A stretch of DNA of 63,321 bases from a virus (lineage: Duplodnaviria > Caudoviricetes), in the IMG/VR virus record IMGVR_UViG_3300042534_000414, positions 1 through 63,321 of that record. One strand, given 5' to 3'. Below are positions 1 to 10,084 of this stretch, piece by piece; position 1 is the first letter of the stretch, and each line of letters begins with the position of its first letter. The notes under the pieces are model-generated. The model was given only the letters and a program-made list of their open reading frames with translations. It was not told the DNA's origin and did not search any database. The position numbers and the translations under genes were made by a program.

Positions 1-127
1 AAAGCAAATTCTCCTTTCATTTAATTACGTAGTTTAGGGTTAGCATTTTTCTAAAGTGTGTATTGTACGTAGCTTTGTGTGTAACCTTACATATTATAGC
101 TTCGGTAGGTGTATTCCCTTTTACGTG
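1..127. repeat. Terminal direct repeat (copy 1), most likely assembly overlap of a circular or circularly permuted genome
   Basis: 1-127 is identical to 63195-63321; 127 is a common assembler k-mer length; genes continue across the junction. Confidence 0.9.
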
Positions 128-256
128 AGAAACTATCTGTAATAGCTTGTAATCAGTTTCTATGGGTACACTACGTACCTTTTGTGTTTTAATTAAATGG
201 TATTGTTCTTTAGGAACATTAATTGTGTAGATTTCTTGTTTGCTAATTGTTGCCAT
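17..256 (-). CDS. hypothetical protein
   Basis: 79-aa ORF in a tightly packed minus-strand operon. Confidence 0.6.
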   Translation of the reverse strand: MATISKQEIYTINVPKEQYHLIKTQKVRSVPIETDYKLLQIVSHVKGNTPTEAIICKVTHKATYNTHFRKMLTLNYVIK

Positions 257-470
257 GGTTGTAGTATATTCTTTTAATGTTTGCTGGATAAATTATTATT
301 GTATGTTTTGTTTCTTCATCTGGATAATTATTTTGCGTAGAATCAATTCTAAATCTACCATGAGATAGTTTAGTTATTTTATTTACTTCTCCTAGACAAG
401 TATCTTTAAACCTTTTATCTGTTTCAGAAAAACATTCACCACTTGTTGTTTCTATGTAATGTAATATCAT
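243..470 (-). CDS. hypothetical protein
   Basis: 75-aa ORF overlapping its neighbours in operon style. Confidence 0.6.
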   Translation of the reverse strand: MILHYIETTSGECFSETDKRFKDTCLGEVNKITKLSHGRFRIDSTQNNYPDEETKHTIIIYPANIKRIYYNHGNN

Positions 471-471
471 T

Positions 472-702
472 CTAATAAATATTAAATTCCAAAAATCCTT
501 TTGCTATTGCTACTTTAATTTCTTCTTCTTTTATTTCCGGTCGTAAATCTGTTGTTATCCTTGCTTCTTTCTTGTTGTACTTGATATTTAAATCCTCGAT
601 ACCTCTTTCTAATGTAATCTTAATATCCTTATCATCAAAAGGCGAATCAATTATTTCAGTTACTTGCCATTCAAGCTTTCTTAATCTTCCCTTGTTGTAC
701 AT
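472..702 (-). CDS. hypothetical protein
   Basis: 76-aa ORF, operon-packed. Confidence 0.6.
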   Translation of the reverse strand: MYNKGRLRKLEWQVTEIIDSPFDDKDIKITLERGIEDLNIKYNKKEARITTDLRPEIKEEEIKVAIAKGFLEFNIY

Positions 703-1201
703 ATTCTTCTAATGTTAATATTGGTGTGTATTTAATTTTTCTTAGTTTCTTTGTTTTTGTCGATAGGAATTGTGCAGGCGTAAAACTCTTTTTGAAGAAA
801 CTAGGTGGCTTAACTAGGTTAACATAAATATTATATTTTTCCCATACCCACTTAATGTTTATCATTACTTCCCTTGTCATATTTTTAAAATCAAATTCTG
901 GTTTAATTTCAATTGCGCTTGTTAGGAATACATCACAATACAAAGGTGTGTTTGATTTAACATTGCTTTCAAAAATAGTAGCGAATATTCCTATTGCTTT
1001 AGGCTCCCACTTAATCATAAAATCATAAGTGTATTCATGAGGGTGTAAAACAAACTGTTCTTTTTTACCGATATTCCTGCACAATTTGGAGGATAAGGGT
1101 ATAGCTTCTGGCTCGTATTCGTATCGTTCGATATACCCATTAGATTTTAATTCATCTAACCAAAGGGAAAAGAAATATTCTTCATTGGATTTATATTCCA
1201 T
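671..1201 (-). CDS. PD-(D/E)xK endonuclease (DUF1064/TnsA-N-like)
   Basis: YKSNEE...YEYEP...YTYDF...IEIK pattern typical of phage PD-(D/E)xK nucleases. Confidence 0.6.
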   Translation of the reverse strand: MEYKSNEEYFFSLWLDELKSNGYIERYEYEPEAIPLSSKLCRNIGKKEQFVLHPHEYTYDFMIKWEPKAIGIFATIFESNVKSNTPLYCDVFLTSAIEIKPEFDFKNMTREVMINIKWVWEKYNIYVNLVKPPSFFKKSFTPAQFLSTKTKKLRKIKYTPILTLEEYVQQGKIKKA

Positions 1202-1421
1202 CTTGCTTAATCATCTCAATTAGTTTCTTTAAGTCCTCAATTGAGTTGTAGTTTTTGATAGGGAATTGTGTTTCCATCTCTTGACTATCTCTAAGGCATA
1301 AGCTTAGTTCACCTTTCTCGAAGTAAATATAATTGTTTCCTGACAAATCTAAATCAAGATAAAGACAATGCGCTATTGGTTGGAAACCTAAATCAAGTAA
1401 TTGTTTACGAGTAAATTGCAT
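1191..1421 (-). CDS. hypothetical protein
   Basis: 76-aa ORF, operon-packed. Confidence 0.6.
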   Translation of the reverse strand: MQFTRKQLLDLGFQPIAHCLYLDLDLSGNNYIYFEKGELSLCLRDSQEMETQFPIKNYNSIEDLKKLIEMIKQDGI

Positions 1422-1462
1422 AACAGTTTGTTTTAAAGTATTTTATACAAAAGTATAAATAA

Positions 1463-2083
1463 CTATTTGATTTTAGTTATTGATTTTATATCTTTTTTTA
1501 AAACACATTTAACTTTGTCCGATTTATCACTAAAAGTTAAATTTAAATCGTATTCATCTTGTTGCCACAATAAACCGTAAATGTACTCATTATCGTTTCT
1601 TACCACCTCCACAACATCACCAGTTTTAAACTCCGAAAAGTCTATTTTTTTGGTGGGTAGTTGGGCGTGTTCAAATGTTCTATAATCTTTATCATCATTA
1701 GGATTTACAGCCATGAATAACCCTTTGAATTTACCTGTAATTATTTTGTTTAAACAAATACTTGTAACATCCCACACCTCCAACTCCACAGGCTCACTAA
1801 ACTCACAAGTATCTGGAAGTTCATCAAATTTACCCTCTTTGGCTAGTTGGGTGTATTTTTGGTTTAAGCTTACCTCCTCCCCCGAAAAATCAAAGTCATC
1901 AGGTAAATTCCTTTTAGCATCGCTTGTTATAGGCGGATATTTACCTAAATTAACATAATTCCAAAAACGATAAGTTATTGTACTCCAATCAAAAGCTTTT
2001 TCTAAATCATTATTTATATTACCTTTATCCGTAAAATACTCCGCCATTCTGCGGTAAGGCTGTTTTAAATCTTTAATTTTCAT
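1463..2083 (-). CDS. hypothetical protein, paralog of 2462-2959
   Basis: ORF 1463-2110; ATG at 2083 preferred because it follows the A-rich leader AACCTTAAAATTTATATT; shares YTQLAKEGKFxxLPxTCEFSEPV and GDVVEV blocks with 2462-2959. Confidence 0.7.
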   Translation of the reverse strand: MKIKDLKQPYRRMAEYFTDKGNINNDLEKAFDWSTITYRFWNYVNLGKYPPITSDAKRNLPDDFDFSGEEVSLNQKYTQLAKEGKFDELPDTCEFSEPVELEVWDVTSICLNKIITGKFKGLFMAVNPNDDKDYRTFEHAQLPTKKIDFSEFKTGDVVEVVRNDNEYIYGLLWQQDEYDLNLTFSDKSDKVKCVLKKDIKSITKIK

Positions 2084-2102
2084 AATATAAATTTTAAGGT
2101 TG

Positions 2103-2462
2103 TTACACAATTCCGTTATAAATCATCAAATAATCATACAACTCACCAGAGTTCTTAATGTAGTATTGCTTATCACCATCAGGTGTCTTGTGAGTAATAG
2201 CTAACTCATTAATGTATTCATTCTTTCTTCCAAAGTTTAGTTCGTACACATAGTAGGCAATTGTGCAATGAACATTTCCATCTTCATCAATAAAAGGCGG
2301 ATATATCTGCTGCAATATTTTTAATGTATCATCAATAAACTCTCCACCAATAAAGTCAACAGTACCACCTAAAGCACGAGAAACCTCTCTTGTTTTTTCT
2401 AGGTACTTGAAATAATTTACTTCAAGCCTATCAATAATTTCACAAAATATTTTCTTTTCCAT
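2103..2462 (-). CDS. hypothetical protein
   Basis: 119-aa ORF, operon-packed. Confidence 0.65.
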   Translation of the reverse strand: MEKKIFCEIIDRLEVNYFKYLEKTREVSRALGGTVDFIGGEFIDDTLKILQQIYPPFIDEDGNVHCTIAYYVYELNFGRKNEYINELAITHKTPDGDKQYYIKNSGELYDYLMIYNGIV

Positions 2463-2959
2463 TACTTTAGTTTTTTAATTGATTTAATATCAGTTATCAT
2501 TCTTAAAGTACCTGATTGTTTACCAAAACTTATGATAACTCCTCTTTGATTTATAGTGTGTATCATACCGAAAAAGGATCCAAAGCTTTCTGTTTCTACT
2601 TCAACCACATCACCTACTTTATGTTCAGCAGGTTCTTGTATTGTATAAGCCAATTGCCAATTTTGGAAGTTAGCTTCAAAAAACCTACCTTTTAATTTAC
2701 CAATAATCAAAGCTTCTTTCTTTTCACTACTATATAAGTTACTTACTAAAAGCTTAACTGGTTCGCTAAATTCACAAGTGCTTGGTAATTTGTTGAATTT
2801 ACCTTCTTTAGCTAATTGTGTATAAACCTCGTTTGGATTAACTCTAGTTACATAATCACCTATTGGGTGTATTATTTTACCTCCATTGTTTAAATAAATT
2901 TGTTCACTTACTTCTTCCTCTTTATCTGAAAAACTACTATATCTATATATTTCTGCCAT
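2462..2959 (-). CDS. hypothetical protein, paralog of 1463-2083
   Basis: 165-aa ORF with the same shared blocks. Confidence 0.7.
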   Translation of the reverse strand: MAEIYRYSSFSDKEEEVSEQIYLNNGGKIIHPIGDYVTRVNPNEVYTQLAKEGKFNKLPSTCEFSEPVKLLVSNLYSSEKKEALIIGKLKGRFFEANFQNWQLAYTIQEPAEHKVGDVVEVETESFGSFFGMIHTINQRGVIISFGKQSGTLRMITDIKSIKKLK

Positions 2960-2960
2960 C

Positions 2961-3695
2961 TTACAAATGTTTAAACACAGTTAATAAATCATTGTAGCTT
3001 CCTTTGTGTAGTAAATCGTTAAATGATTTAAACTTCACAGAAATTTCAGCTTTAATCATTGCGCCAATCAATAAGTTTTCATCAAACTTACCTACCTTAC
3101 GTAACCATGCGATTACTTCTTCCCTATCTTTCTTGTCTCTTATAGTTCCGGTTACTTCTTTGAAGACAGGTATTACTAATTGTGCAACCTCCTTTTTTGG
3201 TTCAGGTGTAACATCTAACTTTAATTGCTTCTTAAATAAAGCTTCTTCCATTAGTTTTTTAGCAACTTCCTTACGTTTCTCTGCGTTAATATCCTTTACT
3301 TGCTCCTTAGCAGATTCTATATCCTCTTTAGTAGCTACATTTGAATCATCCATTGGAACTCCCTGTTCTGGAATACCTGCAAACGACATTGCTCTACCAA
3401 CAGCAGAAGTTTCTGCGTTTTCTAGGAAGTGTACATAGTTTACATCACCAACGCCTTCTATTTCTAGTGCGTGTGCTTCATACACAATTCCGTTAATGGT
3501 CAACTTCGCCTTTACAATAGCGAATAGCTTTGGCTTTCCTGCAACATCTAATCTTGTATCAAGTTTGATTACATCTGTTTCTACTGAAACATTCCATTCG
3601 CCTTTTTCTTTAAGGTTAATAATCCTTTGTTTAACCTTTAAGTAATTGTTGTTAAAGTCTTTCTCTTTCATAGTTTTAAAAGGGAGGGTTTCCAC
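2961..3695 (-). CDS. putative single-strand annealing/recombination protein (Rad52/Sak-like)
   Basis: LENAETSAVGRA motif; lies next to a YqaJ exonuclease (exonuclease plus annealase pairing). Confidence 0.5.
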   Translation of the reverse strand: METLPFKTMKEKDFNNNYLKVKQRIINLKEKGEWNVSVETDVIKLDTRLDVAGKPKLFAIVKAKLTINGIVYEAHALEIEGVGDVNYVHFLENAETSAVGRAMSFAGIPEQGVPMDDSNVATKEDIESAKEQVKDINAEKRKEVAKKLMEEALFKKQLKLDVTPEPKKEVAQLVIPVFKEVTGTIRDKKDREEVIAWLRKVGKFDENLLIGAMIKAEISVKFKSFNDLLHKGSYNDLLTVFKHL

Positions 3696-3698
3696 TCC

Positions 3699-4730
3699 TT
3701 AAATGTTATTAATTTGCGTTAAACTCCATTTTTTAAAAGCTTCAAATTTCGCTTTTATTTCTTGGCTTAATTCATTGTTAACATTTGTTTGTGGTAATTC
3801 AAATGAGTTAACCCATGCGCTTAATTGGTTTTTAATTGGTGCTTTTGCTAATTTTTCGGTTTCTTTTTTTTCAGTTTCCAATCTTGCTAATTCCTCTTGT
3901 TTAGCTTTTTCTTCTGCTAATATTTTTTGCTCTAATTCTTCCGAAAGTTTACGTGCTTTTTCTTGTTCAGCCTTAATAATTACCTGTTGCTTTTCTCTTT
4001 CAATTTTCGCTAATCTTTCAGCTTCTTCACGTTCTTTGCGTGCTTTTTCCTCAATTGCTTTTCGTTCTGCTTCTACCTTAGCTCTTTCTTCTGCAAGTTG
4101 CTTTTCTCTTTCTTCTGCTTCTGCTTTTAATCGTAAATTTTCTAATCTTTGTTGCTCTCTTGCTTCCTCTTCTGCTTTTTCTTTTGCAATTCTTTCTGCT
4201 TCAATCCTTTCTAATTCTTTTTGATTTGCTTCAAATTGCATTTTTGCGCCAGTTAAAACTTTTTCAAAATCTTCTTCGCTTAACGCCCTTAAATTAATTC
4301 CAAACGGTACAAATTCAGCAAATGGCTCTAAAGTTCCTTTTCTATCAGCTTCTAATTCATCCAACCTTTTAGCCTCTTTAATTTCTGCGTGTTTTTCGAT
4401 TTGCTCCAAATCATTCTCCATACGCTCATTAATAGCTATTTCTTTGCGCTTAATAGCATCCACAAACTGCCCACCTTTTAAGAAATAATCTTTAGTTGTT
4501 TTGTGCCAAACGTTAATTCCTTGGGTTCTGTTTTTTTGAATTAACAAGCGTAACTGTTTAGCTTTTTTTGAAGTTTCTAAATCCTCAATGTCTAGTTTTA
4601 CAACTTCATTAAATTGTTGTTCCATAATTTTACGCTCTTCGATAATTTGAGGTAAATTAGATAATAACTCATTCGCCTGTGTAGGCTCAATACCAAACTC
4701 CGTTGGGTTTAAAATTAATTGTGCTTCCAT
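3699..4730 (-). CDS. coiled-coil protein of the recombination module
   Basis: 343 aa with a long E/K/A/R-rich helical C-terminal half. Confidence 0.7.
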   Translation of the reverse strand: MEAQLILNPTEFGIEPTQANELLSNLPQIIEERKIMEQQFNEVVKLDIEDLETSKKAKQLRLLIQKNRTQGINVWHKTTKDYFLKGGQFVDAIKRKEIAINERMENDLEQIEKHAEIKEAKRLDELEADRKGTLEPFAEFVPFGINLRALSEEDFEKVLTGAKMQFEANQKELERIEAERIAKEKAEEEAREQQRLENLRLKAEAEEREKQLAEERAKVEAERKAIEEKARKEREEAERLAKIEREKQQVIIKAEQEKARKLSEELEQKILAEEKAKQEELARLETEKKETEKLAKAPIKNQLSAWVNSFELPQTNVNNELSQEIKAKFEAFKKWSLTQINNI

Positions 4731-4746
4731 TTTAATTTAGATTTGA

Positions 4747-5868
4747 TTATTTATAGTTTTTAATATTTACTCCAAAATAAGTTCTACTACCTTCGTGGTT
4801 ACGGTGTACTACTCTACCATTCTCACCAAAGGTTAATTCTTCACAATCTTTCATTGTGTAAAGCAAATTGTTTTTGTACAATTGTTTTTTATCGGATAAT
4901 TCCTTTTCTTGATCCAATATCTTTTTGTATCCAACAGCAATAGCCCAATCCTCTTCATTACCTTGCTTTTCTTTTTTCTCGCTAGTTTCTCTGTACTTCT
5001 CCTTCCAAAAGTCCTCGTAGCCTTTGTTTTGTTCTGGAGAAGGTTCTAAAGCATCTAATTGTGCAACGTACTCTTCCTTTTTCTTTTCATCAAAACAAAA
5101 CTCTAATTCGTAATAGATAGGGCGCGCAGTTTCAACTAAATCCCAGAATTGCTTAGTTTCAGTTAATACCATTTCTTTAATACCCTCATTCATGTAAATA
5201 GGATAAACTTCAAAATCAGTACCTCCTTTAAGTGCGCCTATTTCACAGTAATCAACTTCCCAAATAATCATTTGTTGGTGTGTTTGAAAAATGTATCTAA
5301 CTGGTAATCCCAATTCGTATTTTTCAGCAGCAGCAGTTGAAATGGTTTTAATCTCTAAAGGGTATGAGAAATCAATTATCTCACCTGTAAATGGGTTTAC
5401 CTGCCCTTCGGGTACTAAGAAGTCAAAAGAAGCGGATAAGTAAGGATATTTAATGTTTATTGCATAACAATTAAGTTCCTGAAAATTACGTATCTTTTGC
5501 CCTGCGTATCTATTATCTATATACCCTTCGGGTGTAGCATCGTAATATTGCCAGGCTGTCGCCACATTTCTTTCTAATTCCAATCCCCAAAAGGTAAATT
5601 TAGATTTAATTTCAGGAAACTTCTTACCAATCTTACTCCAAAATAATTTTGCTCGGATTCCATATTCATCATAGCCTCCCTCACAAGCGGTTGCGGTCTC
5701 TGATGCGCCTAATGTGTTTACTCTGAACTCGTACCAGTCTACGTTTTTTGTTCCGTTTTCGTTAAATTGATTAATAAAGAAGCCATATACTCCTTCTTTA
5801 AGTTTTTTACAGTATTTAGCGTACTTCTCTAAGTGTGCAAGTTCCTTTGGAAAATCTTTCATATTCAT
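4747..5868 (-). CDS. YqaJ/lambda-exonuclease family viral recombination nuclease
   Basis: W...R...LGASE, G..LE, LSASFD, LEIKT and Y..Q.HQQM motifs. Confidence 0.85.
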   Translation of the reverse strand: MNMKDFPKELAHLEKYAKYCKKLKEGVYGFFINQFNENGTKNVDWYEFRVNTLGASETATACEGGYDEYGIRAKLFWSKIGKKFPEIKSKFTFWGLELERNVATAWQYYDATPEGYIDNRYAGQKIRNFQELNCYAINIKYPYLSASFDFLVPEGQVNPFTGEIIDFSYPLEIKTISTAAAEKYELGLPVRYIFQTHQQMIIWEVDYCEIGALKGGTDFEVYPIYMNEGIKEMVLTETKQFWDLVETARPIYYELEFCFDEKKKEEYVAQLDALEPSPEQNKGYEDFWKEKYRETSEKKEKQGNEEDWAIAVGYKKILDQEKELSDKKQLYKNNLLYTMKDCEELTFGENGRVVHRNHEGSRTYFGVNIKNYK

Positions 5869-5954
5869 ATTTTTATCAAATTTATAAAACTAAAATAGGC
5901 TCCCCTAAGAAAACCTATTTTATTTATTTATATTAAAACTTTTATTTATAGATT

Positions 5955-6536
5955 TTATCTATCCTTCACAAAGGTACCTCCCTCCATTCTCCCTGTTCTA
6001 CCTTTAATTACATTGTAGGCACTCTTAATACAGGTTTCAACATCCATCTTGCACAATTTAGCCAATAAAGTTAGTACAACAATACAATCTCCGATAGCAT
6101 CCTCTATCTCTTCTGCGGATTCATTCTCTATGCCTTCTCCTAACTCTGTAACTTCTTCGATAAGTTTGGAAAATTGTGTAGCCACCGTACCATGATCTAA
6201 AATCCCTTTATCCTTACCCCATTGTACTATCTTTTCAAAGTAATCTACTTTAGGGCGCGTAACTTCAATTTCCATTAACTCTAAGTTATTTGTAACTAAG
6301 CTGCTGTTATGGATTAACCTTTTAGCGTTATCCGATAACACTTCGCTGTAAGTTATCTCCCTACCATTAACTTCTACATCGGTGTTGTGGTATTCGTTTA
6401 AAATACCTCTAATTGTGTTTGCTTCTCGCTTTAAACTGTTTCTTAATAAATCTACTTTTTCTTGTAGTTCATCAATCTTTTTGAATTTGATGATAAATTC
6501 TCCGCCAGAGAAATCAACTTGTACTGTCTTTTTCAT
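5955..6536 (-). CDS. MazG-like NTP pyrophosphohydrolase
   Basis: QFSKLIEEVTEL...EDAIGDCIVVL...AYNVIKGRTG.M.GGTFVKD. Confidence 0.85.
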   Translation of the reverse strand: MKKTVQVDFSGGEFIIKFKKIDELQEKVDLLRNSLKREANTIRGILNEYHNTDVEVNGREITYSEVLSDNAKRLIHNSSLVTNNLELMEIEVTRPKVDYFEKIVQWGKDKGILDHGTVATQFSKLIEEVTELGEGIENESAEEIEDAIGDCIVVLTLLAKLCKMDVETCIKSAYNVIKGRTGRMEGGTFVKDR

Positions 6537-6541
6537 AATTA

Positions 6542-7018
6542 TTACTTAAATGGATTACCTATTACTTTTTTTAAATCTATTTTCTTTTCTTCTCTGTATT
6601 GATTACGGTATTTCTCATAGATATTCATCCTAGAAATGTATTCGGGCGTACAGTATTTATAATCTGATTCCATGTGGAAACTATCATCCCTTAATGCTTT
6701 AAATACTTTTAAATCATCTTCGGCTGTATATCCTGCTTTTCTAAGTGATTTGAATTGTCTTTGAGCCTTTACATCCGCATACTTGAAATTCCTTTCTAAT
6801 ATCGAATTAAAATCATCAACAAAGATTCTGTAATCTTGTTCTTTATTCGTTGAGTGTATTACTCCCCAAATGAACTCAAAATGGGTTTGTTTAGCATCCT
6901 TGAAGCTACCCATATAAATTTCTAGTGCCTTTTCTTTTGTCATTTTGCTAATTGTGTATGGATTAAAATTGGTTGCCGATGGCTTGTGTACATCTTTTGT
7001 CGGCTTTAATATTATCAC
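6542..7018 (-). CDS. hypothetical protein (replication module)
   Basis: 158-aa ORF between SSB and MazG; start uncertain. Confidence 0.6.
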   Translation of the reverse strand: MIILKPTKDVHKPSATNFNPYTISKMTKEKALEIYMGSFKDAKQTHFEFIWGVIHSTNKEQDYRIFVDDFNSILERNFKYADVKAQRQFKSLRKAGYTAEDDLKVFKALRDDSFHMESDYKYCTPEYISRMNIYEKYRNQYREEKKIDLKKVIGNPFK

Positions 7019-7052
7019 TAACCCTAGGTGTCCGAAGCAACCAATATTTTAA

Positions 7053-7721
7053 TTAAAATGGTAAATCACCATCCTCTTCCTCGTAAGTAGATTCTTCTGA
7101 TGCTTTGTAAATATCAGGTTTAGTTACTTGCTCAATCGGATCTTTAGTAGTCATTACACTTGCTTTAGGTAAACCAACTACTTTTGAAATGATAGTAGGT
7201 AATACAGTTCCTAATAAGTATTTATCCAATTCAGTATAATCACGAATAATATCTCCTGCGATTTTATGTTCAGTTACATACTTCTCGGTTAAAGCCTTCA
7301 TATCTAAACCCCATTGTAGTTTATCATTACTACCATTTGCTTTAGTTACAAATACTGGAAACCCTTTTTCGCCCATCATTGTCCAAAACGATAAAGATTC
7401 AATCTTATCGGCAGTTGTTAAACATGAAATTAATTGTCTTGATACGTTAGTCATACCTAAGTTTAACAAGTATCTTTCTTGTGCAAAATCATCACGTAAG
7501 ATAATCTCTAGTACAGGTTTTTTCTTACCTTCTACTTCAATTTCTTTGTAACCGATTTTTTCAACACCACCATCAAAGGCGTTATTGTTTTCGATAACAA
7601 CATACTTGTCGCCATCTTTCTTCTTAAATTCAAAGAAACATTCCTTGCTTCCTTTTTTCAAGCCTACTAACTTCACATATAAGTTAGCGTAATTGTCTGT
7701 TTGCTGATTTCCTCTAGCCAT
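7053..7721 (-). CDS. putative single-stranded DNA-binding protein
   Basis: Acidic tail ending EEEDGDLPF; adjacent to primase-helicase. Confidence 0.65.
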   Translation of the reverse strand: MARGNQQTDNYANLYVKLVGLKKGSKECFFEFKKKDGDKYVVIENNNAFDGGVEKIGYKEIEVEGKKKPVLEIILRDDFAQERYLLNLGMTNVSRQLISCLTTADKIESLSFWTMMGEKGFPVFVTKANGSNDKLQWGLDMKALTEKYVTEHKIAGDIIRDYTELDKYLLGTVLPTIISKVVGLPKASVMTTKDPIEQVTKPDIYKASEESTYEEEDGDLPF

Positions 7722-7763
7722 AACATTTAGATTTAGTTTATATTAAGATTAATTGTGTACGTA

Positions 7764-9830
7764 TTAGAATGGGGCTTTTATGTCGTCTGACCATTTGGAT
7801 AATCTACTTCTTGGTTGTTCATCATTTGGAATTTCTGTTTGCTCTCCAAAGATAAATCTTTTTCTGAATATTCCTTGCAAAGGACAAGAATTTTTTTCAT
7901 CAAAAAAACCAACAAAGCCTCCGTAGTTCGTTAAAGTCATTTTAAAAGCACTACCTTCAATCATTGGTTTACCTCCTGTAAATGTTTCTTTAACCTTTTG
8001 AACATCAAAAAATGTAATATTCCTCATAGTTGCGTGTTTAGTGTATCTATGTAAAACAATAAAGTTATCTGCTTTAGCAACCCATTTACCACCACCTTCT
8101 GCGTGTGAAGAAATAGGAGGTTTACGCATACCTTTAAATTCACCAGTTGTTTCTACCACTCTCATTGCTTCTGTAATAGGGTGCATTGATAACCATATAC
8201 TGCACTTCATGTTTTTTGTCCATTGTTTAAATTGTGTAGCCACGTGGTGATGGTATTCATGCGTGCCCATTCTTCTATCCAATCCTTCCCAATTGTAGGA
8301 TAAGGTATTGTATGGGTCTATCATTAGTACGTGGTATTCTTTTTTTAATAAAAATGATTCTGCTACCTGCATTATTTGATTATACGATAAAAGTTTTTCA
8401 TTATCAATAATAACAAAGTTTTCATCAAACCATTTATAAGCGAGTTCCTTTTCATTTTCTGTAAACAAACTCATTTGCTTACCTACTAAAAATTCCATCA
8501 TTTGTTTTTGTATTACCCATGGATCATTTTCTGTTGAATAAATAATCCCCCTCCAATTGTGCAACACATTCGCCACTACCATCATATTCCATAACACAGT
8601 TGATTTACCAATGTTTTCGTGTCCTAAGAATACATCAAATTTACCTAACTTAAATCTATAATATTCATCTAGTAATTCATAACCAGTAGGTAATCCCATA
8701 CCAAATTCGCCACGTAGGAATTTTTCAATGGTATCTCTATTGGTGTTAACTTTAGCTACGTAGTTATCCGGTTCAAACTTCTCTGATAAAATCTCAAAAT
8801 CATTTGATAGTTTCTTCTTTGGTTTATCTCCAAAACCCATTTCAAGTAACTTTCTTCCTGCAAGTGAAAAATCTCCGTTACATTCTAACATGGTAAATAC
8901 ACCTGATGCACTATATCCTTTTTGTGGTTCAAAAGGTAAATTACTAGAGTGTCCTACAAAAATTTTATCGTGAATACGAATATTACCTGACTGTGATTTA
9001 CCTCCTGGGCGTTTGATGTATATCCTATCTTTTACTCGTAAAGGAATTGTGTAACCATTAGAAACAAATAAACTAGCTATATCCTCCGCAGTCATCTGTT
9101 CGTTATAAGCCTCCCAAGGTTTTTTTCCTTCCTCCCATACCGGCAAAGCAACTTTCTTTTCTTCTACCTTTTCTTCTTCAATCAAATCCATTGCTTTTGC
9201 GCAGCACATAATTATATCTCTCTCTTCGGAAGTTATGGTAGGTATTGTTTCCATTGAGCCTTGGATAATTGTGTAGCCTTCACTTGGGTACGTAGCAACA
9301 TATCCGCCCTGTCCTCTAGTTTCAATTAAGGTAAGTTTCTTTGTTTGTGCTTGGTTTTTAGCTTTTTCCTTATCAATCTTATCTTCTTGGGTAAGTTTAA
9401 TGTAGTGAGCGTTTTTCTCATCTCTTGATAAATACCTTTGCGCTAACTTTTGGTTTCCTTGGATAGTATCACAGTAATACATTAGGTGATAACCTTTAGA
9501 AACAGTCTGTATGATGCACAATTTATCAAAAACCTCCAAATTATCCTGCAACAATACTTTAAACTCTCCCCATAGGTCTTGATTTAACTCGTACTTGCTA
9601 TCAACATCAATAACCTCTAAGTTATTACTCATATCCCCACAGCCTATACCTAAGAAAATAAAATTACTTTCTGTATTCTCTGTTATAGGGAAAGGATTAG
9701 TCTTTACATTAAAGTCCATCCATGAATAACTGTTAATCTCTCCCCCCTTCTTAAAGTTTGGTTCCTTCTTGGTATTTAGTGGGAATACACTAAAACCTAA
9801 AGATTGCATTTTTTTTACGTAATCAATCAT
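7764..9830 (-). CDS. Prim-Pol primase fused to DnaB/RecA-family helicase
   Basis: N-terminal LEVIDVD, QT.SKGYH, IETRGQGGYV..PS; C-terminal GLPTGY, Walker A GHENIGKS, Walker B MIDPYN, KADN. Confidence 0.85.
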   Translation of the reverse strand: MIDYVKKMQSLGFSVFPLNTKKEPNFKKGGEINSYSWMDFNVKTNPFPITENTESNFIFLGIGCGDMSNNLEVIDVDSKYELNQDLWGEFKVLLQDNLEVFDKLCIIQTVSKGYHLMYYCDTIQGNQKLAQRYLSRDEKNAHYIKLTQEDKIDKEKAKNQAQTKKLTLIETRGQGGYVATYPSEGYTIIQGSMETIPTITSEERDIIMCCAKAMDLIEEEKVEEKKVALPVWEEGKKPWEAYNEQMTAEDIASLFVSNGYTIPLRVKDRIYIKRPGGKSQSGNIRIHDKIFVGHSSNLPFEPQKGYSASGVFTMLECNGDFSLAGRKLLEMGFGDKPKKKLSNDFEILSEKFEPDNYVAKVNTNRDTIEKFLRGEFGMGLPTGYELLDEYYRFKLGKFDVFLGHENIGKSTVLWNMMVVANVLHNWRGIIYSTENDPWVIQKQMMEFLVGKQMSLFTENEKELAYKWFDENFVIIDNEKLLSYNQIMQVAESFLLKKEYHVLMIDPYNTLSYNWEGLDRRMGTHEYHHHVATQFKQWTKNMKCSIWLSMHPITEAMRVVETTGEFKGMRKPPISSHAEGGGKWVAKADNFIVLHRYTKHATMRNITFFDVQKVKETFTGGKPMIEGSAFKMTLTNYGGFVGFFDEKNSCPLQGIFRKRFIFGEQTEIPNDEQPRSRLSKWSDDIKAPF

Positions 9831-10050
9831 TATCAATAACAAATTTAACCCCTAAAATATTCTTTACTTCCCTATGGTTTTTCACACCGTTATAACTCAT
9901 CTTATTATCCTTTGCGTATTTACTTATTGTACAAAGGTTCAAATATAAACCACATACTTCAATTATTTGCACTAAACATTCATTTGATAGTTGGTTTTCC
10001 GTACTCAAATTGTGCAACCTACTTATTACTTTTTCTTCTAATTCATTCAT
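9823..10050 (-). CDS. small putative HTH DNA-binding protein
   Basis: TISKYAKDNKMSYNGVK helix-turn-helix-like segment; ATG at 10050 preferred. Confidence 0.5.
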   Translation of the reverse strand: MNELEEKVISRLHNLSTENQLSNECLVQIIEVCGLYLNLCTISKYAKDNKMSYNGVKNHREVKNILGVKFVIDND

Positions 10051-10084
10051 AATTAATGATTTATTATTGGTGCAAAAAATTGAA

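Noticed and set aside
221-229. Resemblance of AATTGTG to the lac operator half-site
   Set aside because: The following bases are YA rather than AG, copies are not paired as palindromes, and there is no vector context
1463-2959. Paralogous segments as a DGR template/variable repeat
   Set aside because: No reverse transcriptase found; differences are not adenine-specific; both copies lie in intact ORFs
3004-4224. Long antisense ORFs (3004-3438, 3703-4224; also 10525-11136, 31136-31819, 48957-49580, 52140-52934)
   Set aside because: S/F/L-rich shadows of E/K-rich genes on the opposite strand, with no leaders or recognisable motifs
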